A DNA stretch of 64,000 nucleotides from Eutreptiella sp. 'Long Island Sound 2002' (taxonomy: Eukaryota; Protista; Euglenida): positions 193,750,001 through 193,814,000 of the forward strand of contig OZ038378.1 of NCBI GenBank assembly GCA_964036045.1, given 5' to 3'. Position 1 is the first letter of the stretch. Each line of letters starts with the position of its first letter. The position numbers were made by a program, and so were the translations under genes. The notes beneath the pieces are model-generated. The model had not been told where the DNA came from. It did no database searches and saw nothing but the letters and a program-made list of their open reading frames with translations. Below are positions 12,827 to 25,400 of the stretch, in pieces.

Positions 12827-13474
12827 CTATCTTTCCGGATCACGGTATCTGTCCCTTTGCCTGTCTCGATCCTTGTCCCTGTCCCTATCCCTATCCCTGT
12901 CCCTGTCCCTGTCCCTATCGCGGTCCCTGTCTCGATCCCTATCCCTCTCCCTCTCCCTGTCCCTGTCCACATCCCTGCCTCTGTTCGTATCCCGAGCCCG
13001 CCCCCTGTCCCTGTCCCTGTCACTGTCCCTAGCCTTAGCCCGTTCCCTATCTCCATCCCGACCCCTTCCTCGATCCCCGTCGCTGTCTCCATCAAATGCC
13101 CCCGCCATCGTCGTGCGGCCCCCCGGCCGGTCTCGCCCTGAGCCACGAGGCCCATCCAGAGCCCGTCTGCGGTCCGGGTCGTCGTCGCTGCTGTATCCCC
13201 GATCTCTGTACCGTCCCTTATCACTGTCTCTGCCCTTTTCCCGGGCCCGTCCGCTATCCCTGTCCCTGTCCCTGTCCCTGTCCCTCCCTCGGGACCCGTC
13301 TCCAGTCGCACGACCCTTTGCTCTACCCGCCTCCCTATCCCTTGGCCTCTTGGGCTCCTCATCGCTGTCGGTGGCCGCATCAAACGCGCCCGTCACGGCT
13401 TTCGGTTTCGTGGGCCTCGCAGGCGGCGGCTCCCTTCGCTGCCGCTTGGGAGGCGACTCGTCATTGCTGTCGTC
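12827..13474 (-). CDS. RBMX2: RBMX2-like exon 7 (RD/RS-rich tail, TAG stop)
   Basis: GTGTGCAG acceptor, phase 0, [14 protein letters not shown]...(DR)n...DPER*. The stop is next to a G-run, so the exact end is slightly uncertain. Confidence 0.75.
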   Translation of the reverse strand, partial: DDSNDESPPKRQRREPPPARPTKPKAVTGAFDAATDSDEEPKRPRDREAGRAKGRATGDGSRGRDRDRDRDRDSGRAREKGRDSDKGRYRDRGYSSDDDPDRRRALDGPRGSGRDRPGGRTTMAGAFDGDSDGDRGRGRDGDRERAKARDSDRDRDRGRARDTNRGRDVDRDRERERDRDRDRDRDRDRDRDRDRDRDRDKDRDRQRDRYRDPER

Positions 13475-16400
13475 CTGCACACACGGTCCAACACGGCGCG
13501 CGGTGAAGGGCTGGCGGACACGCGTCGGAGGAGCCTCGGGACCACCGTGCGACGACACCGCACGCGCCGAGGCTCGGACGATTGGCGCCGAAGGCGCCAG
13601 AGACAACATTTGATCGGCCGAAGGTCCGGAGGAAAATGTGGCTCATTCTGGGGGCTGGTGGTGGGTGGGGGGTGGTGTGGGACCCCCCCCCCCCTTAAGT
13701 GGTGCCGAGTTGTGAAAAGGAGCCCTGCCTGCGGGGCACTCGGGTACGAAGGCTTGAGTTCGCACCGCGTGCCCTGTGACGCACTGGAAATGAAATTACA
13801 CCCCAAACGGCTGTTTGCCCTGAAAGGCACCTGGATCACTGACGGCCTGAACATACGGCCCATAACTGTCCACCCCCCACACCCCCGCCGCCCCACCACC
13901 AACAAATCATGCACGCGCGCGCACACACGCACACACGGACGGAGCTGTCAAAAATTTCCGCCCCCCCCGCCCCCCAAAAAGCCATTTTTCAAATGTTTTG
14001 AGTGCCTACAATGTTCATGAAGGGGGCATACACCAGTAAACGATTGTCAACTATAAAGAAACGTTGTTTACTACCTTTTGGCACCCTTTTTGCATCTTTC
14101 ATCTTTGATTTCTGTGATTGATTTGTGGACATGGCTGTTCTTGCGGTGCAAGGGCAGAATTTGCCCACTTGCCTTGCCCCTTTGCCACGTTGCAGCCCAG
14201 GGTCGTTGGGGTTACAGCCGTCTGAACCCTTTGGGGAAGTTTGGGGGAACATCATCCTGAGGAACACACACACTCGTGTTCACATACATTGGGGTTGCAG
14301 GACGATGATGAACCTGAGGCATTCACATCGCTCTGTGGCAGTTGTGGCTTAACCTGGTTACCAGAGAGTAGAGTCTGGGCTCGAACCACCTCATTAACGC
14401 ACATGCGAATCATGGCACATCCACGAAACCCCCCCCCCCCCAGACGTATAATGACAAGCAGCAGAGCAGTGGACAGCAAAACGTTCTCTGGGAGCGGTCT
14501 GGGATGTCTCTGTGACTGGCACTCTTCGCAAAGATTGCAGCAGTGCAGCGTGCTATGGGCTGTTATCCTGCGCAGGGAGAGCTCAGGTCCTGCTCTCTAT
14601 ATGTGCTGCGGCGATGGCAGAGCTCCTGGGGCTTCCTTTTGTTGATTTTCATCATTCACAATCACTTTTAGAGGAGAATTGTGGCTCACATCACCAATTT
14701 TAGCCCTAAGTTGCCTATTTTTAGCAGTTTGGGTAGCAGATTGCCATAAGTGATGTCATACCCTATTTTTAGCTCTTCCAACCCCTTAGCAGGCAGCAAA
14801 CCCACCCCTACCCACCACCTACCACCCGTGATGGCCCCTGCTGCAAAGGCACTGCAGGGAGCACCGCTGTTGATTGCTGCAGCGCAATTTTTCACGCACT
14901 ACGCCATTTCTTCTGCATGGAGCGTACCTCACTGCCACTGCTGTCACTGCTCTCACTGTCCGACTTCCCCTTCCGCTTCGGAATGTACGGGATGCCCGTT
15001 TGCTCTGCGATCTGTCTCCTGAGGTCCTCCCTCATCGCCCTGCGCTGCTTCTTCTCCTGCTTTTTCTTGGCCTTGAGGTCCTTCTTGACCTGCTTCGTCA
15101 ACATCTGTCCACAGGGAGGGCGCTGAGCACTGCACAAAGGGATGGGGAGATGGCATAGCAGAGTGCCTCAACAACGCAATTCTGCTTGAGACAACACGAA
15201 ATACAGCATTAGCAAAAACCCAAAAAGCAAAATCCAGTCCTGGCCACAGTTGATGAATGTGCCTATGGCTCATGCTTAATTTGAAGTGGTTGGACCTTCG
15301 TGACTTGGATCGGGGTTTCGATTGTCTGTGACGTTATCTCAATGCAAGAACGGAATGGGAGGTATAGGTCGTCAAAAGTTCTGCCCAGCTGAATGATCTG
15401 AGGATGCAACTACTAACAAAGAGGGTCCAGCCTTGGTCAATCTCTTGGATGCTGAAGAAGACAACCTTCTACTGCAGCAGCAAAAGGGAGCCATATTTCG
15501 CTGGTTGCGTTGAAGGGACATTGATGCGTTGATACAATGTATTTGGTGTGAGGATATTGTGGATACCCTATTCTGTGTACTCTGTTGTCACCAGAATGCC
15601 TTGTGCGGACGAAAAATGCAACAACACTGCAAGTGTGAATAGATGCAGATTGCATAGCAAGGGGTGCGATCTAACAAGGGGAGGTTCAAGTGTTTTCATC
15701 AATACCCATGAGTTCCATCGTGTTGCAAAAGAACTTAGAAGATCTGTGGAGTGGGAAGAATCTTGCCACGGCATTGTGAGTTGGCAGAGATAGTGGCAGG
15801 CCAGTGCTGCTGAAGACTAAAACAAGCATCACTGAGACACGGCACCGCCATTGCGGACAGGGGCCCATGCAATTGTGCGGTGACATTGGTGGCAGCAGAG
15901 GGGGCTGGGCGGGAGTTCAAGGGCCGGGGAGGGCAAACACTCTAACCCCCAAAACACGCCCCACAAGAGCCCCGGTGGGTCAGCGGTCCGCGTGTCCGGT
16001 CTGCCGTGCGTCCAGGACCACCGGGTTGAGTCTCGGGGAGGGGGCACAGAGTGCACTGCGGTGAACGCGTGTCCAACGCGTGACAAAAGCAAAGCCTTTG
16101 CCCGGTGGCCCCAGTGGATAGGGCCGGGGGCGGGGGGGGGGTCGTGAGAAGCCCTCGGGAACTGGAGATGCCCCACCCAAGCCCCGACCCTTCCGCCGCC
16201 GCTGAATGAATACCTACGCACCGCTGGCCCATGCGAACGCCGCCACACCGTTCGGGGCACTTGGTGACCCCCTGGACCCCGTAATGCGGCATACACACAA
16301 ACATCACGACCGGTGGAGTTTGAGCCCTGAGCCTCGTGAGACGGGGGGGGGGGGGGCAGGGAAGGGGGAGAGGTACCCCCCAAAGGAATGCTGAGTTATT

Positions 16401-19400
16401 GCACGTGGGCACAAGACGTGGCCAGCACAAAAACGCAGAAAGAAAATTGGCTCGTCAGTGGCCTAAAAGACCATAGGTACCTTTCTGTCACAAGAATGAG
16501 ACACAGAGGTGCCAGTGGGCAGGCCACCAACACGCAGAGCAATGGATCGCAGCGGTGCGTACTGAACCACCGCCAACCTGGTACCATCGGACCTGAGTTG
16601 TTGACTACATATTGACTTCACATATAGCGGGAAACCGTGATCCCCCCCCCCCCCCCCTCCAGGGCGCCCAGCCTACACCCAGCCACTGTCTCACGGACGC
16701 CAAGGGCAGCTTCAATGCCATTTGTAACCGACAGTTAACGCCAACCGCTTTGGCAACCTCCTCCAACCCTCTATCAAACCGAGTCTGGGGCCGGCTCTGA
16801 GGTCCCTTTCCTTCTAATGCATCCCGGGGGGGGGGGGGGGTGACGCACATTGACGGCGGTCTGGGCTCAGCGCACAAACATGAGGAAGGAGAACGGCCCG
16901 AGGCCCCGGCGAACCAACACTGTGACACACAGCGGAGGTACAATCGTTGGGGGCCTGCACCGAAAAGGCCCAAAAAGGCCACTGCCAGGCCTGGCTGTCT
17001 GACCCCTGCCGTCTCGGGGAGAAGTGGCATGGCGGGTGCCGTTGTCTACTGAGCAAACCAGTGCATCTGGGAAAAAGGGGCTGCGATGTGACCTACCGTT
17101 CAAACGGTTGACAACAACAGTTCAATGCCCATTCTCAGGCGCTAGTAAACCCACCACACAAAAAAACCACCCATTTCCCCAAAATTACTGAAACTGCTCA
17201 TAGCCCCCGCCCCCCCCCCTTGCTTGGGGTAAAGTGTCCGCCACACTAAGCACAGGCCTACCTGCAAGTCCCGAGTGCAAGGGAGGCAGGGGGTGATGAG
17301 TCACTGACTGTGAGGCGAGCCCGAACACCCCCCAACAGGTCCACCGCTGCATACGCGCAGAGGCGAACACTCGGGAGCGCCACTGGCCGGAGACAGGGCC
17401 ACAGACCTTGGCCTCTTCCTCCAGGCGGTCCTTCAGCGTTTCACGCCTGTTGCCGAGCTGGTCCTCCTGCTCCTTGTGCTTGTAATCTTTGACGTGGTCC
17501 ACGCGGATCGTACGGCCCGCCAACTGTAATGCAGTCCGGCGAGGTGGCAGCACTGCGGCAGCGGCGCGGTTTTGGGACCAAAGGCCCACAGGAAATAACA
17601 TGCTTGTTCTTGTGCTACAATCCGGGAATTTGTACCAAGTTTTGCAGTGGTATTTAAGAAGTGGTGCCGAATTTTCTCCGCACCAAATTTCGCTTTTCCA
17701 AATGTCGCACATTCCTAATTTCCCCCTTTCCGGCACCCTGACCCCTCCTCTTGCCCCATCCTCACCCCTATTGCCTTCGGCAAGTCCACCTCGCAGAGAA
17801 GCTATCCCGAGCAATGCACATCGAAAAAACACACCAATACCACCTACTACATGCTTTACATAGCTTGGATGGTCATTGTGAGTGCTCACGCTATGAAAAA
17901 AATAACTGTCAGAATCTTTGATTTTTGAGATGCCCAGGCCGAAAAACAGCATTGGCAGGTTGTGTACCAATCTCTTGAAAGACACCCCCCCCCCCCCCCA
18001 CACACACCCAACACCCGTACAAAACAGATAAAAACTGCCTAAAACATGCTTTACATAGCTTGGATGGTCATTGTGAGTGGTCACAATATCAAAAAAAAAG
18101 TTTCAAAAACTTTGGTTTTGGAGCCGCCCAGGGTGAAAAACTGTATAAGCAGGCTGTGTACCAATCCATGCACACATGTACGCCATTATTGGTGGAAACG
18201 GTGTTTTCGCGTTTGCACACGGGCCATGACCAATAGGCATATGCTGTCACAACATCCCCACTTGCACCCCTTAGAGTGGGTACCACGGGTCACTAAGGTC
18301 GCCAAAAACGCCGACATAGCAACAACGACTAAAAAAACTGCATAAACTGCATAAGCGCTGGTCCAACTCCGCTCCACACAAACCCAATGGAGTTGGACAC
18401 GAAAACGCTTTTTCGGCTCAAAATTGAAAAAAACCAAAAGATTCATAACTTTTGACCCAAAAATAGGGGGGCTTGTTTTTTTCTACATGTTTGACCCCCC
18501 CCCCCCCTCAAAAAAGTGGGTTTCAAGTGGGGGGGGGGTGCGGACAACAAACTCGTTGGGGGATGCATTTATTGGACAAAATTATGATTTTACAAGGGGT
18601 TAAGCAAAAAATTCAACCTCTTGGGGTAGGGTATGCGAATAGGCCCAAAAGGGGGTGTGTGTGGCTTTTCCCCCAATATGTGGGCCTGCCTGGCTTTGAT
18701 CTAACAACCTTTGTGTGGTGATTTCCATTTTTGAGCTGTAGAGGATATTGAACTGCTTTTGCAGTTTGTGCGCACATCATGTGCCACTGAACTGCCTACA
18801 AACAGCAACATTGGGGGGTTTCACGGGGCGCATGGCCTGGGCTACATGGGGCCTACCCGTATTGTCAACAAATGATCACCCAAACCCATTCCAGGGGCGA
18901 CAGAAGGGTTTCAGAAAAAGTCAAATTTTGAAAATTTTTCAGGTGCCACTAAACAGCCTATCCGGCACCAAAACAGCCAAGTCCTCACCAGCAAGGGCCC
19001 ATAGGGAGGGCCGACCGGGGGTACCTGGAGTTTGGACCCGGGACCCCTGCCACGGTTAGGAGGTTGATATACAAGAAAAAATTTGTCACGACCCAGGTCC
19101 AAATACACACACAGCAGCCGCAATATGCAAAGAAGTTTTGACCACCCCCCAGCCCCCCCCCCCATCCTCCCAAAATGGGGTTAGCCAGGTATTGGGGGGG
19201 GGTAGGGGGGTCCGAAAATTCATCCGGGGACCGTTTTCTGTCCAAAAATGATGATTTTACAAGGGGTTGGACATCCGATACCATAACTTGGGGCATGCTA
19301 CGTGAACAAACCCCAAAAGGGGGGGTAATACGACACCCGTGCCTGCTCTAGCTGACAACCTCTCTTTGAGGTGATTTTGCTATGCCAAAATTTCGCCTGT

Positions 19401-22400
19401 TCCTAATTCCCCCCTCCCCGGTGTAATGGCACGACACCGCGACCCCTCAGACCAAAGAAGAGCATGGGACGACGCTGTGTTGGAGCCCCAGCCACCGGCC
19501 GTGCACCAGGAACTTGCAGTGGGGGAGCGCTGTGGGCCGTCATTGGACCCTCAACCCAAAGCCGAGAGCCGTAGGCCAGACGACGACTGCACGGGCCAGC
19601 GGCGAGCGCCTCTTCGTGACTCTGGGGGGTTCCTGTAGAGGGGAAGCCTAAAACAGCGCGCGACAGTCCTGAGGCTTGTTGCGCCCCGAGAAATCGTTTT
19701 TCCAGAGCAACCCCCTCCCCTAACCCTGATTGTGACTCTCACATCAAAAAATGCGAGACCCCCGGGGTAGAAATTGTGGTGAAAATCAGTGCTGGATTTG
19801 GCTCGCCAAGGCAAGAGGGTTGAAACTCATGGGACAAGGGGAGGGGGTTGTAAACCACGGGTGCCGAGGGGGTGCATATTGCTGATGCCTTGTCATTCCG
19901 TTTGGTTATTGCGTTGGCTGCACGGAGTACTCAGAGCCTGAACCTGATTTTTGACCTGGAGAGGCGGATCACGGACTTGATGGTCTTTCTGATGGACCTT
20001 CCTCAAGAAGCGACGGGTGCAGTTGTGCTGAAATGGTATGGGATTCCCTTTCTTTGCGTGCCGTTTGGCGGCAGTTACGAAACCATTGCAGCCGCAGTTG
20101 GAGTTGGTGGGTTGGGGCGCAACTGACAGTTCATTTTACTGTTTTGGAGGGGCGGACGGAACTGGCTCACGGGGCTGACCGTCACCCCCAAACCGGGGGT
20201 CACCCCTCCCCCACTTCAAGCTTGAGCCTGCCACCCCACCCTCCACGTAATGACCGTCTGTGCCCCCAGCAGCACGTGTCCCTTGCACTCAGCCCCCAAC
20301 AGCTTGCTCCCCAGGAGTATACACGTGGGCTAGCTCAAAGGGGGGTCAAGGTTGTCCTCTGGGTTGCATTTAACCCCCCCCCCCCCCTGGTAATGAAGGC
20401 TGTGATGACCGGCACACCCAGAGCTGTGATGCAGAACCGTTTGATCTGTGCCCCCCAGCCTTTTTGTTCAGGAGTGCCTGCAGTTGCAGCTGATGGACGG
20501 CGGCATCTGCACCATGCACCGGCAGAATGAGCACTGCCTTACATCTCCCCTACTCCTGCCCCAGCCCGCACTGCTCACATGCTACCATGGCTTCCGCACT
20601 GGTTGATTGTAGTTCGCAAATATCTGGTATCGTTTGTACTACACACCAACCAGCCTTTGTGGAACACCCCCGCATCCCTGCGTTGGGCTCCTGCGCCCCA
20701 ACCCTTTCTTTCTGTCCGTGGAGGGATCACGCTTCTGATTGGATTTCGGGGAATGGGCTTTGGAGGCGATGGGGACCTTAATGCCATTCAGGTTGTCGAC
20801 CGCCAGGATCGTGGACCGTTGGTCTTCGTACGCCAAGAAACAAAACCCTTTCGACTTCTTTGTCTCCTGCGCATGTGCAAGTGAATGGTAGGGTTATTCA
20901 TGCAATGTGAATCCAAGAAGGGTGAGGTGAGGCCAGGTCAGGCTTCCACATCATGTGCATTGAAAGGGGGTACCATCAAGGCCGTCCGCGCACTGTGGTA
21001 GCAAAAATGGCTGAAAATTGCATGAAGTGCTCGAGCGCTCATCCCACCCATCACCAAGCCCCATGGAGTTGGGACTCGAAAATGCCAGAAAATTCGCCAT
21101 TCTCAAGGGATTTCTTCAACTTTTTTTTTTTGATCCTTGTCAAAAATGGGTTCCATGTGTGTGTGGGTGGGGGGGGGGGGGTCTAGGGTGGTTCCAAGCA
21201 AGAAATCATTGGGGAATACCTTTATTACCGAGCTGGGTTTACCTTGTCGAGGTTTTACACCACCTTTTAGGGTCCAAGGATGAGCTACACGTTTTAGCAA
21301 GCAGCAAGCAGCAGCAAGCAGCAAGCAGCAAGCAGCAAGCAGGCGGTTAAAAAGTCCTTGAGACCACACCGCGGCTCAAAACCGGCATCCAAGTAGCTCA
21401 AAACGACCGGGGAGCCAAGGCGCATCACCACAAACAACTTTGGTTGCATTTCGAGCCGTCTAGCCCGTTCTACGGCCGATTTAGTGTCCAAAAATGGCCG
21501 TTTTTGGGCTGTTTTTGGCTGTTTTCAGGACGATCATCCTGAAAGTTCAGGACGATCGCCGCTACGCCAAGCAGGTGTTTCCGATGAGGGCCGTTGTTCT
21601 TTCATGGCGATTGGGCTATCAAAGGATGGCAAATGGGTGTTCAATAAGGCGTGTACCACGCCATGGTGCCACGCGGTGGTCCATTTTGAGGTAAAAATGA
21701 GCCGTTATTGAGCCGTGTTTCAGGACGATCGTCGTAACCATGGAGGCACATCTCTAAAGCAAGCGGTCTTTCTTCAACGGTGATTTCCAATGCGTTCCGC
21801 AAGACTAGGACCCAGCTCGGTCCTAGTTCGAGTCTTGATTCAACAAAATAAGGATTTTACAAGGGGTTTACCCACCAAATCAATCAAGCATGGTATGCGA
21901 ACAGGCCCTAAATGAGGGGTATGTAGCATTTCTCCATACATGCGGGTGTGTGTGGTTGCATTGCAGACATTGCAGAACAAAGCACCAAAACTCATTATTA
22001 CATAGAAGACACCACCACCAGACCGTAGGCGAATAAATATCTCATGTTACCACAACTTGTGCGTGTGAACTCTTCGGGCAGGCGGTGGGAGGTACTCCCC
22101 CACCACACAAACAAAATATCCGCGGTAGAGAGCAAACAACAAAGCTTCAGTGACTGTGTATCATACAAATGCCACCCCCGTTCGTGGAGTGAATGGGTTG
22201 TTGCATTGAAGCACCAAAACTCATTATTGCATAGAAGACAGGTACCCTCAACACAATTGGTCCTGCCTTTAGGCAGTCTAATCGCTACCCATGAAACCGA
22301 TACCCATGTACTGTGCAGTTCAGTAGTCAGAAAATTCCACTTCCCTTGAGCCTATCCAGTCAATTTGCCGAGATCATGAACCCTAAGAGACCTCACTCTA

Positions 22401-25400
22401 CAAACAAGATCTGCCGGGGGTAAGTGGCCGGGGCAACAGGTGACATGCATAATGATGCGGGACTCACATAAAAATCATCGCCATGGCACGCACAACCTTG
22501 TTCAGACGCCAATAAACTGACTGGGACCAGAGGTTCGGTGCTCCCTGCACTGCTCGTCTGTTATCTTGCAACATGTTGAATTGCGGAATGCCACAACCCA
22601 CTTCAGCGAATGCACTACCCCATATAACTCAGCGGCCAGCTGCGTGTTAACCCAGGCCGGGCAGTATAGTGGCTAGGCACCACCACCAACAGGATCAAAA
22701 AATCCCACTCTACATTTGGTTCATCCGAGGATGTCGAGAAAACTGGGCAACGTCGACAAACATCCATTTTACCCACATCTAGTTTGATTTTGACCACCTT
22801 GGTGGCTGAAAAGTTGCCGACACGATTGCCCAGGCTTGAACCAAATTGATCCATAACCGCGATGTCACACGAATGTACGAAGACCTATAATAAGATAATA
22901 GACCATAGATTCCCGCCAAAAATGGTAGGTGTCCCTTCTTGGGCATTGCCAACCACTTTAAACGACCCAAAATTCTGTGATTCTTCCTAACTGGCACCGT
23001 ATGTTGCCAAACATTCACTACTGCTGCCAATACCATAGCTACCAACAAAGTGTCATTCTAGACCATCAAATTCTTGACATCAACCACCTTCCCTAACCAC
23101 TTGACCCTGCGTGCGGGCTCAAGCATAGACTTAGCAGAGATCACAAAACCCGCCGCGACCAGCATGGCCATAACCCAATTCACACAGGCCCGCATCCATG
23201 TGTGGCCGGACTCAACTAACGAAACGTCGTCAAGGTAATGATCGTGCGGTATCTCCAAAGGCGAAGTACACCTTGGGGGGGGGGGGCATTCCGAGATGTC
23301 CCCCCACCAATTTTTGGCATAGGGGGGTCGTTTGGATCCGCAACGCCTGCAGATACACAGTTGGAGTCCTCGAAGTCAAATTCTTTTGGAGGGGCAAGCA
23401 GTGGTTTGTCATCCGCAACGGATGGGAGGGCTACAACGAACGGGCGTGAATGGAGGACCGATCGCCCCCCGTCTAGCGATTGCAACACATGTGGTGGGCG
23501 GCACCGAGCGTGGAACTGCAAGCGCAAGTGAAGGGGGGGGGTGGACAAGCATGCGGATGAGAGCGAGCCCAAATGGGGTCTAGCCCCTACCAGTGGAAAG
23601 GATTGTCACAGTGGCACATGCAAATTCTACATGCAAGTATTCATGTGGAATCAGGGCTGAGTCCACGCAGCGGTGCTATGAGCAACACCCATGGGCATGG
23701 GGCAATGCGCATGAGCAAGAGCCATTGACACCACTGCAAGAGATCCTACGGGAGTACATGGTCCAAATGTACAAAGAATACAAAATCTCTAGCTCTATGC
23801 GCCACACAGTCTCCGTGTGCCGGCCGTTGGAGGAAACAGAGGTCACCCAAATTTGTGCACAACTTTGGAGATTTGTTAGGACCAAAGCTAAAACCAACAC
23901 GTCACAACGCCAACAATGGGCATCGCTAGGGATGCAGGAAAGACTGGCCAGGTAGGCCCAGGCATACGAGGAGATCCTATGTGTGTTTGTCAGTCATCCC
24001 CATCACACCTCAAGACCTTGACCAACAGCGAGGGACCATCAAATTCTACGATAGGAAAACCCGTCGGTCCCGGTTGGCAATTCAAGCCAGTGACAACCTC
24101 TTCAAGGTCTTGGGGGTGGCTAGATCGGTTGCCATGCGGCTTGGTAGAGAAGCAGCAGGGCCAATGGTCGGTGGGGGTGCATTATGGCTACAAGCAATCT
24201 TGCGGCAACTCTTGCAAGGATCGGAGTTCTCGGAGGTACACTTGCACACATAGAGGAGGGCGGGAGCCACCCTCCTAGTTAGGAATGGAGTGACGGTACC
24301 AAAAATCATGGTGTGGGCCAAGTGGAAATTTGCAAAAGTGGCGAGGAGGTACATTGCCACATGGGAGGACATGCCATGGGAGGAGGCCCGGCTACCACAC
24401 CCCAAGGACGTGTTCGGGACGGCGGTGTGGTTTCACCATGGAGGAGTCTAAGGTATGACGGTTGTGGCCTAGAGCGCTTGGGTGGTTGGGGCACGGAGAT
24501 AGCTCGTTGTCGGGAATGGATTCCGTAGGTGTTGGGGACGACATTATTGGGAGTACTGCCAAGGATAAAGAGAGGCACCCAGACGGCCGCAGAGAAGTAC
24601 CAGAGAAACACACAGAGGTGCTGCAACACCCACAGTGGAGAAGAAGGTGGTCAAGAGACGGAGAGTTGAAGTGGCGAAGACCCTACTCGCGTTGGAGTTG
24701 GCAGCACGGGCAAAGCGAGCTGCGTCTTGTGCAAGGATAGGTGTCGTCGTATGACAACATCTAGTACTTCGTGCTTAGATCCAGTCACTCGCCCGTCCTT
24801 GGCCTTCTCTAGCTCTTTCTCTAGCTCCACCATTCGGGCCTTCATCTCGCACCACTCCTTGTCCTCCTGCACAGCACCCATACCCGGTGTGGTGGCTAGA
24901 TCCAACAGGACCTCACGGAACCCCTTGGTATTAGGATGGTACTACACCCCATCGACGTCTTCTGGACCATTAAATTTCCGAGTGCAATGCCCAACCAACT
25001 TCTGCTCCACCTTCATGGACTTCGCATTTGTGATGTGTTAGCCCCACCGGCCGGCATTTGCATTGTCAATGCCGCCACCTTCTTGGCTAACACCTCGCCT
25101 AGTTCCCGGCTGCCCCATAGTCCGAATGCATGCTATGAGAAAGCACAAAGGGCCATAGCATCTAGCGCACTCTTGGTTGGACAATTTTGGGCATGTGGGG
25201 TGTGTGTGTGTGAATCTATACCGCTTTCGACTCAAGAATGCGCTGGAATGTCAAAGCTTGCCTGGCTTTCAAATAAAAGGAACTTCCCCACCACATGTGC
25301 AGTAGAGAGCAAACAATAAAGCTTCAATGATTGGGTATCATACAAATGCAACCCCCGTTCGTGGAGCGAGCGGGTTGTTCTAACCTAACAACCTTTGCGA

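Larger units (their letters stand above)
21980..25379 (-). mobile_element. Degenerate YR retrotransposon #2 with split direct repeats and an internally inverted gagC-YR segment
   Basis: A repeats at 25285-25379 and 22096-22202; B repeats at 22209-22240 and 21980-22011 (31/32 identical). RT YLDD and [22 protein letters not shown] on the minus strand; knuckle and YR motifs on the plus strand, homologous to the intact element. Confidence 0.75.

Noticed and set aside
12710-13613. Plus-strand (SL)n, (VP)n and (CP)n ORFs and the minus-strand (TG)n ORF
   Set aside because: Shadow frames of the (DR)n-coding RBMX2 exon 7.
14375-14400. GGTTCGAGCCC B-box-like motif
   Set aside because: No A-box or cloverleaf could be built around it.
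16080-16130. GKGFAFV, an RNP1-like peptide that might be a duplicated RBMX2 exon
   Set aside because: The true RNP1 exon is at 20777-20866; no flanking similarity or usable splice sites here.
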